Of a stretch of DNA of 64,000 nt, positions 25,128 through 37,830 are shown in pieces. Below the pieces are notes generated by a model. It made no database searches and was not told the origin of the DNA. It saw only the letters and a program-made list of their open reading frames with translations. Numbering within the stretch: position 1 is the first letter of the stretch; every line of letters begins with the position of its first letter. Source of the DNA: Squalus acanthias (Eukaryota). Made by a program: the position numbers and the translations under genes. The stretch covers positions 558,001 to 622,000 of the forward strand of contig JASTWF010000048.1 in the NCBI GenBank assembly GCA_030390025.1. Direction: 5' to 3'.

Positions 25128-27295
25128 TGTAAGATCTTAAACGATCACTGAGTTCTTGGACAAGACACCAATAGGCAGCAGCCAGTATGTTTGAGCGATA
25201 GATCAAGATTTATTAAGCTTACAACGTCATCAATACGGAACGTTTGGCGATAGTTTTAACGAGTTTCTCGCAGCCCTTGGTCTCTGGAACCTCTCGGACA
25301 CAGATGACGTCATCTTAAGTCTGTTCCTCTGTTCTCGCAGTACCTCTGTGCGATATGTGGAGCACTCTTTGTTCCAGTCCTACTCAGATCCCCTCCCTCA
25401 CCTCTTTTTCCGGTACATTGATGACTGTATCGGTGCCGTTTCGTGCTCTCGCCCTGAACTAGATAATTTCATTAGATTTGCTTCCAATTTCCACCCTTCC
25501 CTCACATTCACAAAGTCCATCTCCGACTCTTCCCTTCCCTTCCTCGGCTTCTCCGTCTCCATCTCTGTTGATAGGTTATTGACAAACATTCACTACAAGC
25601 CCACTGACTCCCACAGCTACCTGGACTGCAATTCCTCCCACCCAGCCTCCTGTCAGGACTCTATTCCATTCTCCCAGTTTCTCATTCTCCGCCGCATCTG
25701 CTCTGACGATGCCACCTTCCATACCAGTGCTTCCGACATGCTTCCTTTTTCCTCATACGAGGATTCTCCTCTACTGTGGTTGACACGGCCCTCGACCGTG
25801 TCCGTTCTATCTCCCGCACTTCTGCCCTCTCCACTGCCCCTCCCTCTCGGAACCACGATAGAGTTCCCCTTGTCCTCACCTTTCACCCCACCAGCCTCCA
25901 CATTCAACGGATCATCCTCCGATATTTGCGCCACCTCCAGCGTGATCCCGACACCAAACGCATCTTCCCCTCACGTCCCCTTTCAGCATTCTGCAGGGAC
26001 CGCACGCTCCGCAACACCCTAGTCCACTCCTCTATCGCCCCCAACACCCCTTCCCCTTCGCCCATCACCTTCCCTTGCAAGCGCAGGAGATGCAGCACAT
26101 GCCCTTATACCTCCCCACTTCCCACTGTCCAGGGCCCCAAACACCGCTTCCAGGTGAAACTGCGATTTACTTGTACTTCTTGCAATTTAGTATACTTTAT
26201 TCGCTGCTCACGATATTGTCTCCTCTACATTGCGGAGACAAAACGCAGATTGGGTGACCGCTTTATGGAACACCTCCGTTCAGTACTTAAGGGGGACCCC
26301 GAGTTTCTGCTCGCTGTCACTTTAATTCACCGCTCCACTCCCACTCAGATCTCACCGTCCTCAGCCACTTACATTGTTTCTCGGGAGCTCAGCGTGAGCT
26401 CGAGGAACAGTACCTCATCTTTCGATTAGGCACTTTAGATCCTTCTGGACTCAACATAGAGTTCAACAATTTCAGATCATAACCCCGGCCCCTATCATAT
26501 ATATATATTTTATCCACACTTTTGTTCTGTTCTACTCTCCCACATGGCAGTTATTTTTCTTTCTGCCAGCGCAATTTACACTTCATCTAGTGCCATCCTT
26601 TGTTTCTTAACCAGTCCGATTACCATCTCCTTTTGCCTTGAATATCTCTTAATGTCTCTCAATGTCTCTTAAGCTCTCCTGCCTTCCATCCTATCACAGG
26701 CCTTCCCTTTTGTTCTTTCATCCCCTCCCCCATTTCCCAGCTACTACACTTCCTTAAAAATCTGTTCCATTTCCTGCTTTTTTCCAGTTCTTACGAAAGG
26801 TCATCGACCTGAATCGTTAACTCTGTAAATTTGTTCTTTGAGTATCGAGGTTTTAACCCTTTTCTTATCAAAAGTTTGTTTCGCCAGTGTCAATATATGT
26901 TCTTTATCAAAATCACCTTTTCAATTTGTTCTAATGATCAAAATAGCATTGTCACTCAGACATCTTGGGCGCTCCTTTTTTTCAATACTTTTCCATCAAC
27001 CCTATCCTTCTGTCTTGTTATCTTGTTTATAGTTTTTCACCCCATTGGAATTTTCCATATCTCTTTCATTTCATCGCCTCCCTGGTACAAGGCCTTTATA
27101 CCAAGGTGTGTTTTCTATCAAAGCTTCGTCAAAACTGCTCTTGACTCTCCTTGCAGCTGCATCCTGAACAAGTCTTAGCTTTTTAGTTACCCAGGAGTAA
27201 TTATGGGTAATATTATTTGGTCAATGGCTACACTTGAATTTATATGTATATGATTCTCGTCTACTAAATATCTCTAAATATCAGCCTTTCCTACA
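25128..27295 (-). mobile_element. Solo LTR (~0.7 kb net) interrupted by a Penelope insertion
   Basis: TGT...ACA termini; CCCT 4-bp TSD (25124-25127 and 27296-27299); empty site AATTCCCTTGTGAAAG at ~20993; minus-strand TATAAA (27095-27100) and AATAAA (25209-25214). Confidence 0.7.
25345..26830 (+). mobile_element. Penelope-like element, 5'-truncated (RT + GIY-YIG, frameshifted)
   Basis: FFRYIDDC RT motif, YKPTDSHSYL, HP..SIPFSQFL.LRRICS; FTCTS.NLVYFIRC..LYIAETKRRL..RFMEH; 3' hammerhead-like motif. Confidence 0.9.
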
Positions 27296-28511
27296 CCCTT
27301 GTGAAAGTTACCAGTGAATCTGTCTCCAGCCTCCTTTCAGGCACTGCATTCCCGATCATAACATCTTGTTTGCATAAAAAACTGTCTCCTCACCTACCAG
27401 TTGGATGTTTTGCCAATTACCTTAAACCTGTGCCCTCTGGTCACCGATCCTGCCGGCAGAGGAGTCAATTTCTCCTTGTCTACTCTATCACAACCGCTCT
27501 TACATTTGAACACCTCTATTAAATCTCAACTTATCGTCTGTTTTGATTCATTCTATGAAGTTGCTAAACTACCTTCGTTTCAAGCTGCTCACCATATAGA
27601 AATACTCTGATATATCCTTCTTCAGTCCTAAAGGATGACCTCACACTTTCCCACAATGTCACTGTTTAGCTCACTCATTTAATGTGTCTACGTCCCCTTT
27701 GAAACAGACTTTACCCTTCTGCTCTGCTCACTGCCAATCAGAGAGAGACGGATTGGACTGTCAAACAGGAAGAGGGAGTCAGGGCTGCGAATCAGACAGC
27801 GCGTTGCAGGGCTGTCAGTCAGAGAGGGGAGGGGCGGAGCTGTCGATGAGAGACGGTGGCGAGGTGTCAATCAAAGACGTCTCAGCAGCTGTCAATCGGA
27901 AAGAGAGGGTCGGGGCTGTCAATCAGAGAGGGGAGGGATGATCTGTCAATCAGAGAGGGCGGGGCAGGGCTCGCAATCAGAGAGTGAGTGGTGGTGCTGC
28001 AAATCAGCGGGGGTGACGAGTTGTCAGAGAGGGCTGGAGCGGAGCTGTCAATCAGAGAGGGGAAGGGTGGAACTGTGAATATTTACATAGAGTTACATAG
28101 GATATACGGCACAGGAACAGGCCCAAGGAACATCCTACCGTCTTTCCTCATCTAAATCGATCAGCATATCTCTCTATTTCATTTACCCTCATATACTTGT
28201 CTGTCCTCCCCTTAAATGCATCATGCTATTCGCTTCAAACACTCCCTGTGGAATCAGAGAGATTAGGGGTGGTGCTGTTAATCAGAGATGGGAAGGGCGG
28301 TGCTGTCAATGAGACGGTAAGGATCGGGGCAGGGCTGTCAATCAGAGAGTTAAGGGCGGGGCATTGTATATTCACTGTTTTCTTATGAATGATAGAGATC
28401 GTGGCGTTTACACGCGTTAGTCCGGCCTTTCAAACAGCAGTCTCATAGCTCCCATCGCTCGGCAGCTTATAGGCCGTGGGAGTTCCGCTCTCAGACACTC
28501 GCTCGCTGACC

Positions 28512-28870
28512 ATGCGGACTAGTCTCCTGTCCTGCACGTTGCAGCTGTTTCTATTGGCGGGTAAGAAAAGCGAGAGGCCGGTGTTCCATAGAGGCCTTTG
28601 GCTCTGGCGCAGACATGTATTAAAATCCTTCAAAACAATTGTTCAATAATTAGAGAAGAAAGAAGGAAAAGGAGAAAGAAAGAAAGAAAGTCAATGAGGG
28701 AACAGCGTTGTGGCAATACATAGACTGTATCTGATCAGTGAAAAATAAAGAAGACAAATTGTGTTAAATACAGTCGGGATGGGATTATAGAGAACAGGGT
28801 TATTCCTGTATTGTTTAAACCAGTGAGTGATTTTAGATTGTTGGATAGATAGATAGATAGATAGATGAAG

Positions 28871-28903
<33 letters not shown>

Positions 28904-29552
28904 CATACATACATCGTTGTAAAGCTCTCTCTCCCTCTGTCCTCTCTATCTTCAGTCTCTCTCTTCCCCTGTCTTAATCTCTAAATCTGCTTCGCTCTCA
29001 CCATCGCTTTCCCTCTCTCTGCCTCTCTCCCATCTCTCACCCTCTCCCTTTCTCTCGCTGCGTCTCCTTCTCTCACCCTCGCTCCCTCTCTCTATCCATC
29101 TTCTTCGTTCACCCTCGCTCCCTCTCTCTATCCCTCTTCTTCTCTTTTCCTCGCTCGCACCCTATCTCTTCCGCTATCCATCCGTCATTCTCCCGCTATC
29201 TATCAAGCGTTTGTAAAATGAGGAAATGTCCATTAACATCCGTGTCATTTACAGGAGCGCAGTCCGAATCGGTTATCCAAAGGCCCAAATTTCTCACCGG
29301 TTTCCAATCGGGCTCGGTGATTGTGACATGTTTTGTACCCAAAGACCATCCCAGAACCTACTGGTATCGACAGACTCCAAACCTGGTATGGGAGCTCCTG
29401 ATCTACGCCTATCGTTTGAACACACCCGAGATATCCGAGGGGTTCAAAGGGCGAGTGTCTGCAGTCAGAGGAACGGACGATTCCTACCACCTCAATCTGA
29501 CCGAACTGCAGCCCATTGACACGGCTGTGTATTACTGCGCTAGCCATAGTAC
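28512..29552 (+). CDS. TRBV: TCR V segment V6 (leader 28512-28560, V exon 29255-29552); open, chimeric with a V5-type leader
   Basis: Leader MRTSLLSCTLQLFLLA|gtaaga; VTCFVP..WYRQ..GFKGRVS..DTAVYYCASHS. Confidence 0.88.
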
Positions 29553-29591
29553 CACAGCGGTACGAACACGGCGCGACTCGCTACAAAAACC
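29553..29591 (+). other. 23-RSS of V6
   Basis: CACAGCG-23-ACAAAAACC. Confidence 0.95.
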
Positions 29592-32134
29592 TTTCTCAGA
29601 TGGCGTTTGCTGTGTGAGACAGAGCTGGAAACTACAGCGGGTCATCGGCAGGAAATACACAGAGTAAACGAACAACTAAAGTTTTCAGATCNNNNNNNNN
29701 NNNNNNNNNNNNNNNNNNNNNNNNNNNNNNNNNNNNNNNNNNNNNNNNNNNNNNNNNNNNNNNNNNNNNNNNNNNNNNNNNNNNNNNNNNNNNNNNNNNN
29801 NNNNNNNNNNNNNNNNNNNNNNNNNNNNNNTGTCTTTCATTCTGTCTGTCTGTCTATCTGTTTATCTGTCTATCTTTGAATGATTACAACTTGTTATAAA
29901 TTAATTGTAAAATGCTATATCAATGTATCCAATGTCCTTTGTTAGCAAATTATCTACATTTTAATCAGCAGGTTATGCGGTGGGGTAAATGAGTTAACGT
30001 CAGTGGAGAAAGTGTGGTTGTTGGAATATGTGCAGGCGATATCCGTAACTTCCAATATGCCAGTGAATTATTCCTGTTATTTCCGCTATTGCAATAGCGA
30101 CGAGAGAGGCGCTCATTATCACAGCATCATGGAATGATACTTCACAGAAGGAGGGCATTCGACCCATCGTGCCACTGCCAGCTCTGTGAAAAAGCTATCA
30201 AATGTGTGCCATTCCCCTGCTCTATCCCCTATCGATCTGCAAAATTTCCTCCAGGAAATATTTAACCAATTCCCTTTGGAATGTTACCATTGAATCTGCT
30301 TTCATCACCCTTTCAGGATGAGCATTTGAGATCATAATAAACTGCTGTTTAAAAAAATGTCTCTGCATGTCACCTCTGCATGAACAGGTTGGGCCGAATG
30401 TCCTCTTTCAGTGCTGTATGTTCAATGTATTCCTAAGGTTCTTTTACCAATTACCTTATATCTGTATCCTTTGGTTACCGACCCTCCTGCCAGTGGAAGC
30501 AATTTCTCATTATTTACTCGATCAAAACCCTTTATTATCTTGAGCAAGGGGAATGGTAGCATATTGGTTATGTTCCTGAATGAGTAATGCAGTAAGTCTG
30601 GACTAAAGATGCCGAGACTATGAGTTCAAATCCCACCACGGTAACAGGGGAATTTCAATTCACTTTCGTAAATAAATTTGGAATTAAAAAGCGAGTGGAT
30701 TATTGTAGAAGCCCATCTGGTTCAATTAACTGCCCTCTTTCGGATCAAGAAGGCAGCTCACCACCACATTTCTCAAGTACAATTAGAGATGGACAATAAA
30801 TGCCGGCCTTGTCAGCGACACCCGCATCACATGAATGAAAAAAAATTCACTATTACATCTCCCATTAACATTTTCTGCTTTAAGGAGAACAATCCCAGCT
30901 TCCCGAATCTCTCATAACTGAAGCCCCTCATCCCTGGTACCATTCTGGTAAATCGCCTCTTAACCTTCACTAATGCGAACAGCCCCATACACAAAGGAGT
31001 TAATTAATCTTAGAACCTTAAACTTGTCACGAATGTTTCATGCTGTAAAAAGGCCCGATGCCTCCCCGGATATGTTTTTCACTGAGACACCTGCCTCCTG
31101 ACGGCAGTTACAAACTCTGTTGAAAACCGTTTACCCACTTCTCTATCAGACTCCAGGCGCCTTTTGAAGTGTTTTTTCAAAGAAACTAGAAGTTCAGCCC
31201 AGCGAAGAATGTAACCCTTTAATTCTCGTTGAGCACATGGGAACTGAAAGCTGCACTGCCTGAAAAAAGAGAAAACTTTGACTCAACAATGGTCCGTGTT
31301 TTATAGCATGATAGAATCCTACAGCACAGAGGGAGGCCACTCGGTCAGTCCAGTCCGTGCCGGCTCTTTGAAAGAGCGATTCAATTAGCCGCCCACGAGT
31401 CTCCTCCCTCCCTTCTTCCTCTCACCCTGTCAACAAACCCTTCTATTCCTTTACCCTCATGTGTTTATCGATCTTCCCCTTAAATGCATCTGTGTTATTT
31501 CCCTCAACCATTCCCTGTGGTAGCGAGTTCCACATTCTCACCACTCTGGGTAAACACATTTATCCTGAATTCCCTATTGGAATTATCCATGTCTATCTTA
31601 CCCATATGGCCCTTTATTTTGGCCTCTCCTCTCCAATTATTCCAACACCCATGCTCATTCCCCGCAGCCCTGGTTTTATCCTCTTCAATTTTATGTACAA
31701 TTCCCTTGTGAAATTTACCAATGAATCTGTCTGCAGCACCCTTTGAGGAAGTACTTTCCCGATCATAACATCTTGCTGCATGAAAAACTGTCTCCTCATC
31801 TACCAGTTGAATTTTATGACAAATAACTTAAATCTGTGCCCTCTGGTCACCGACCCTGCTCGCAGAGGAATCCATTTCTCCGTGTCTACTCTGTCACAAC
31901 CGCTCTGAAATTTGAATACCTCTATTAATTCACCCAATACCGTCTGTGTTGCATTCTATGAAGTTGCTAAACTGCCTAAGTAATGGGATGGTGGGTGGGT
32001 TTCGCAGGAAGTGATGTGTATATATCAATGATAACCGGATGCTCCTTATTTAAACAAATACAACAGAGAAATGGCCTTCAGACGTGGTATTGAGCTGCAC
32101 TCGTTCACACAGCGATCCGGAGTCGAATGAATAA

Positions 32135-33218
32135 ATGATGTTTCATGAAGCTCATTATCTATTCTTGATAGCTGCATTAATCCCACGTAAGGCAAAATAA
32201 CAAACTTAAAAGAATAATGTATTATAATATGAGCTGTGTTTCAGTTGATTGCTTTCTTGCCACCGAGCCAGAATGCCGCGGATTCGAGTCTCACTACAGA
32301 AATTGAACAGCAAATCAAGGCTGACGCTCCCAGTGCCAGTGAATAGGGAGTGCTGCAATGTCGGAGGGGCTGTAGTGAGGGAGTGCTACACTGTCGGAGG
32401 GGCAGTACTGAAGTTGTGCTGCAGTGTCGGAGAGGCAGTACTGAGGGAGCACTGCACTGTCGGAGGGGCAGTACTGAGGGAGCGCTGAACTGTCGAAGGG
32501 TCACTACTGAATGTGGGCTGCAGTGTCGGAGAGGCAGTACTGAGGGGATGTTGCACCTTCGAAGGGGGAGTCCTGAGGTTGTGCCGCACTGTCGGAGGTT
32601 GCATCAGTCGGATGTCACGTTAATTAAAACTTCCCTCTCAGGTGGACGTATGTTAAACAATATTGATCCCGCAAACAGAACCTAAAAAAATACCCAGTTT
32701 TCACATTGCCCTTCGTGGAATCTTGCTTTGTGAAAATTGACTGTCGTGATTACTACATTACAAGAGCGCATAAACTTAGAAAAGTTCTTCCTTGGTTGTA
32801 AAATGCTTTGGGACGTCCTTTGGTCGCGAAACATAGTGTAAAAATGTATTTATGTCATTATATGTTGTCACTGTTCTATTCAATTATTGACGGAAATAAG
32901 AATAATCGATGTTCCTTTCGACAGGAATACTCGCCTCGTACGTGGAGCAGTCGCCTTCTGTCCTATCGATTGGGGCAGGAGAGTCGCCCACGCTCAGATG
33001 CACGCTGACGAATACTGGCTATCCCAACATGTTCTGGTACAGACAACAACCCAACCGGGCATTAGAAGCTCTTTTCTCTTCTGCTGGCGAAGGTGATGCT
33101 AGGAAATACACGTCCGAGTCTTTTAAGGCCGAAAGAATCAGCAATACGCTGTTTACTTTTGAACTGAGCGCCGCCTCTCCGTCTCACACCGCTGTCTATT
33201 ACTGTGCTTGTAGTATCG
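32135..33218 (+). CDS. TRBV: TCR beta V segment V7 (leader 32135-32186, V exon 32925-33218); open; Deu-SINE/32-mer in the intron
   Basis: Leader MMFHEAHYLFLIAALIP|gtaagg; LRCTLTNTGYPNMFWYRQ..FKAER..YYCACSI (TRBV30-like); CAGGAAGTGATGT at 32005. Confidence 0.9.
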
Positions 33219-33257
33219 CACAGCGTTTGAGAAAGCGGCTCCCCAGCTACAAAAACC
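33219..33257 (+). other. 23-RSS of V7
   Basis: CACAGCG-23-ACAAAAACC. Confidence 0.95.
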
Positions 33258-33294
33258 TGCAGCGGATGACTGGGAGTTCAGTGCTCATTTTCCG

Positions 33295-33308
33295 CCACCA
33301 GGTGGCAG
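33295..33308 (+). promoter_or_regulatory. CTCF-binding motif
   Basis: CCACCAGGTGGCAG, consensus core 37 bp after the V7 nonamer. Confidence 0.7.
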
Positions 33309-34649
33309 CACTAGAAGGAAGTTCAGTGGAAATTTTCTGCCTTCCAGGTCACAGCTTCATGGAATGATCCAGTACGGAAGGAGGCCATTCGGACCATCGT
33401 GCCTGTACTGGCTCTTTGAAACAGCTATCCAATTAGTCCCTCTTCCCCCTGCTCTTTCGCCGTATTGCAAATTTTTCCATTCACTTATATATTTAATTCC
33501 GTTTTTAAAGTTATTATTGAATCTGCTTCCACCGCTCTTTCAGACAATGTAATCCCGATTATAACAACTCGCTGCGTAAACAAACAATCTCCTCATCTTC
33601 CCCTCTGATTCGTTTAGCAATTACTTTAAAACTGTGCCCTTTGTTTACCATCCCTTCTGCCACTGGAAAGATTTTCTCCTTATTTAATCTAATCAAAGGT
33701 AATATGATTTTGAACACCGCTGTCAAATTTTCGCTTGTGGTTCCGTGCTCTAAGGAGAACAAACTCAACTTATCTACTCTCTCCACCTAACTTAACTTCT
33801 GCATTCCTGGTGGCAGTCGAGAGAATCTCTTCTGCGCCCTCTCTAAGGATTTGACATTAATTTTGCTCCATTTAGTTCATATTGCAAATTGACAGCTCGA
33901 TATGGAACTTCAGAGCTTTCGTTTCGCCACCAGATGCCAGCTCGAGATAGATGTTCAGTGCTTATTTCCGCCACAAGTTGGCAGCACTTGTGTCATGCGC
34001 ACCTTGACAAAGTTGTCAGACGGTCGGCCCTTCTGTATGTGCGCTCGCGGCCTTTTTAATCGGCGTCATTGGCTGGAGGGATTGAGGCAGAACAGGTTTC
34101 AACACAGAGCAAGACTCAGCTCACGTTGCACAGTATCAGCGTTGGCTCAGTACGTAGCACTTTCCTCTCTGAGTGAGAAAGCCGTGGCTTGAAGTTCAAC
34201 GCCTTCTTCTTGAGCCAATCATTCAGGATGACACTTCAGTGCCTGTACTAAGGCAGTGTCGCACTGTCGGAAGGGCAGTACTGAAGGAATGTTGCACGGT
34301 CGGAGGAACCATCTTCAAATCGTCTGCCCTCTCGGGTGAACAAAAAAGAAGAATGAAAGAAAGACTTGCATTTCTATTGCACTGTTCACGACGACAGCAC
34401 GTCCGAAAGCGCATTACGGCCAAAGAAATACATTTGAAGTATAGTCTGTTGTAACGTAGGACACTTTGCAGACAATTTTTTGCACAGCGAGCTCCCACTA
34501 ACAGCAATAAGATACATGATTAGTCAATCTTTTCAGTGATGTTGGTTGAGGATATATATTGGCCCACGAAATCGGGGAGAATGCCACTGCACATCTTCCA
34601 ATAGTGTCCGTGGGCAGACGGGGCCTTGTTTTACGTCTCTTTCGAAAGA

Positions 34650-35720
34650 AGGCACCACCGACAGTACAGCGCTCCCTCAGTACTACCCATGTGACAGTGC
34701 ATGCACACTCAATACTGCGCCACCGACAGTGCAACGCTCCCTCAGAACTGCCCCTCCGACAGTACGGCGTTCCCTTAGTACTGCCCTTCTGAGAGCGCAG
34801 CACTCCCTCAGTACTGACTTCTGACAGTGCTACGCTCGCTCAGACCTGCCCCTCCGACATTGCAACACTCCCGCAGTACTGCGTCTCCGACAGTGAAACG
34901 TTCACTCAGTATTGCCTCTTCGAAAATGCAGCAGTCCCTCAGTACTGCCTCTCCGAGAGTGCAGTGCTCCCTCAGTACTGCCCCTCTGAAAGTGCGGAGG
35001 TACCTCATTACTACACCTCCAACAGTGCAGCCTTCCCTCAGTACTGCCTCTCCGACAGTGCAGCACTCCCTCAGTACTGCCTCTGCGACAGTGCAACGCT
35101 CCCTCAGTACTGGGCCTCCGAGAGCGCAGCCCTACCTCATTACTGCCCTTCCAACAGTGCAGCCCTCTCTCAGTACTGCCTCTCCGACAATGGAGTGCTC
35201 ACTCAGTACTGCAGCTCCGAGAGTGCAACACTCCCGCAGTACTGCCACTCCGACAGTGCAACGATCCCTCAGTACTGCCCCTCCGACAGTGCAAAACTCC
35301 CTCAGTACTTCCCCTGCGACAGTGCAGCGCTCCCTCAGTACTGCTCCTCTGACAGTGAAGCACTCCCACATTACTGGCCCTCTGACAGTGCAGATCTCCC
35401 TCAGTACTGTCCCTCTGACAGTGCAGCCACACCTCAGTACAGCCCCTCTGACAGTGCAGCACATCCTCAGTACTGCCCCTCCGAGAGTGCCGTGCTCCCT
35501 CAGTACTGCCCCTCCGACAGTGCAACGCTACCTGAATAATTCCCCTCCGATAGTGTCATGATCCCTCAGTACTTCCCCTGTGACAATGCAGCGCCCCCTC
35601 AGTACAGACCGTCTGACAGTGCAGCGCTTCCTCAGTACTGCCCCTCTACAGTGCAGAGCTCCCTCAGTACTGCCTTTCAGACAGTGCAGAGCTCATTCAG
35701 TACGGGTGCGTGCAGTGTCG
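34650..35720 (-). repeat. 32-bp minisatellite expansion within a Deu-core SINE (~34360-35810)
   Basis: About 30 degenerate units of CAGTACTGCCCCTCCGACAGTGCAGCGCTCCCT. Confidence 0.9.
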
Positions 35721-35896
35721 TCTTGAGTTATGAGCTTGTGTCTCTTATGTGGGGCTCGAACCCCCAGCCTTCTGATTCAGTGTCGACAGCACTATCTGAG
35801 CCACGGCTGACACGTGACTTCAGTATATGACGCTTCAAATATAATCCGACAGTCCGGCGGAGGAAGGCCCATTCTGTCCTTGTACCGGAACTAAAC

Positions 35897-36448
35897 ATGC
35901 TTCGTGAAGTGTCTTATTTAATCTTGTCGATTGCTTTAATTTCTGGTAAGTTTAAACAATGCGCCAATCCACTAGCAGGAGTGTCGGTAAACAGAGGACA
36001 CAGTATGAATGTGACTGAGGAAAGAGCTTTGGTGGTAGTGGGACTAATGGATAGCACTTTGAAAGAGCCGGTACAGGCAATATGGACAGAATGGACTTCT
36101 TCTGTACTGTATCATTCTAACAAAACAAATGTGACTCTTTCCTCCATTTGACAGAAGTGTCTGCTTCGTTCGTTGACCAGTCGCCGCAAACTGTGTCCGT
36201 TGGCTCAGGAAAATCGGTCGTAATGAGATGTATCCTGAGGAACACTAACTATCGCAACATGTACTGGTACCAACAAGGGACAAGCCGGGAACTCGTTGCT
36301 CTATTCCGTTCAGCTGGGACCGGCCACGTTTCAAATTATACCTCCGGACCGTTTAAAGCCCAGAGACCCAGCGACACCGAGTTTACTCTGGAACTCACCG
36401 GAGCCTCTCAGTCGGACACCGCCCTCTACTTCTGCGCGTGCAGTGATG
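35897..36448 (+). CDS. TRBV: TCR beta V segment V8 (leader 35897-35945, V exon 36155-36448); open; same subfamily as V7
   Basis: Leader MLREVSYLILSIALIS|gtaagt; MRCILRNTNYRNMYWYQQ..FKAQRP..DTALYFCACSD. Confidence 0.92.
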
Positions 36449-36487
36449 CACGGCGTGTGAAAACACCACCTCTCTGTGACAAAAACT
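36449..36487 (+). other. 23-RSS of V8
   Basis: CACGGCG-23-ACAAAAACT. Confidence 0.9.
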
Positions 36488-37524
36488 CCCTGAACCAGAA
36501 CCAGAGGAATGCGATGGTTTCAACCGCCAGATGGTGGCGCTGTGGCCCGTCGAAAGCCGCGAACACACCGAAGGGACCCTTCCGACCGTTCATTCATTCC
36601 TAGCAGATCGGGATGTTTCCCATTTGATCCACTAGATGCTAACTTCATGTAAACATTGTGAGAATCTGGACGTTTTTAGTTGGAGAAACCGCTTTTGGTC
36701 TAACTTCCAATATTTCCATTGTAGCCGAGAATTGATCGATATTTAAAAAAAAGTTAGCTTTCATTTTGTTTGTAACATTGCTTTCCTTTCTCTCTTTCTT
36801 GCTTCTGCCTCTCTCTCTATCCATCTCTCTTCCGCTCTTGCTCTCTTTATCTCTGTCGTGTCTCTCTGTCTGTATTTCTCTCTTTCTCTCATTATCTCTC
36901 TGTTTCCCTCTATCTTGTCTCTCCAGCTGTTTTGTTCAGTCTGGCTCTCTCACTGACTCATTGTCTCTCTGTCGCTCTCATTTTTTCTACCTCCATTTCT
37001 GTGTGTCTCGTCTCTCTTTCTCTCATTCTCTCTCTGTGTTTCTATGTATGTTTATCGCCGTGTATGTCTTTCTGTCTCCCTCTGTCTTTCTCTCCCTGCC
37101 TGTCTCTCTGCCTCTCTCACCCTCTCTCACATTCTCTCCCTTTCTCTACCTCATTTCACGATTCGTTCTGAACCTCGAACTCTACATCGTAGCAGCGGTT
37201 TTATTACCGTCTCTAGAACCTTACATTAATTAGTTTCCTTCTAAGATCTTTCAGATCCAGATTCAGTTAGCTTTTATTTGCCGTTTTCACTTTTTAGTTT
37301 GACGCCATTATAATTTTATCAGTTCAATAAATCCGACGTATAATTGCACTTAACCTGTTGAGTAAATATAAGCAAGAAGTTAGCACCGCAATTTGAGTAA
37401 AGTAATTTGTTACTTTCCTTTACTCTCTCTTCTGCTCCAGCTTCAGTCCCTTTCATAATCCCTGCCACCCTCTATTGTCCTCTCACGATCGATCTGCCTT
37501 AAAGTTTTTCAAATAATCTTTCAG

Positions 37525-37830
37525 ATGTTCGTTCCCAACGACTCTCGTCCAGAGCCCGTCGGCCACCGTCCAGGTTCCAGGGGAGGAAGCCGTGTTCTAC
37601 TGCGGCATCAGGCAGGGCAATATGAGTAACTATTGTTTGGCCTGGTACGTGATTATCGTTGACCGCCTTGATTGGATCAGATCACTTGTACTTCCTGCAT
37701 TTAACTACAGAAAAAGCTACTGAAGTCTATTACGAGCCTAAAAATAACACTTTCATTCTTTCCCTGAAAAACACCCTGGTCAGGAACAGCGGAATATATT
37801 ACTGTGGGGCCAGCGAGGATGCGTACAGTG
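37525..37830 (+). pseudogene. V pseudogene V9, V-delta-like; RSS destroyed
   Basis: LVQSPSA..FYCGIRQGNMSNYCLAWY..LDWI, frameshift, then NNTFILSL..SGIYYCGASED; heptamer TACAGTG (37824-37830); nonamer replaced by a LINE 3' fragment (~37845-38400). Confidence 0.8.

Noticed and set aside
34827-35561. Long ORFs such as (STAPPTVQRSL)n and (PQYCPSDSAAL)n here and at 2.3-2.7, 4.5-5.0, 43.6 and 47.2-48.1 kb
   Set aside because: These are translations of the SINE-internal minisatellite, not genes
36766-37233. Hydrophobic Leu/Ser-rich ORFs (also 19038-19352 and the tail of 23646-24344)
   Set aside because: CT/TCTA simple repeats
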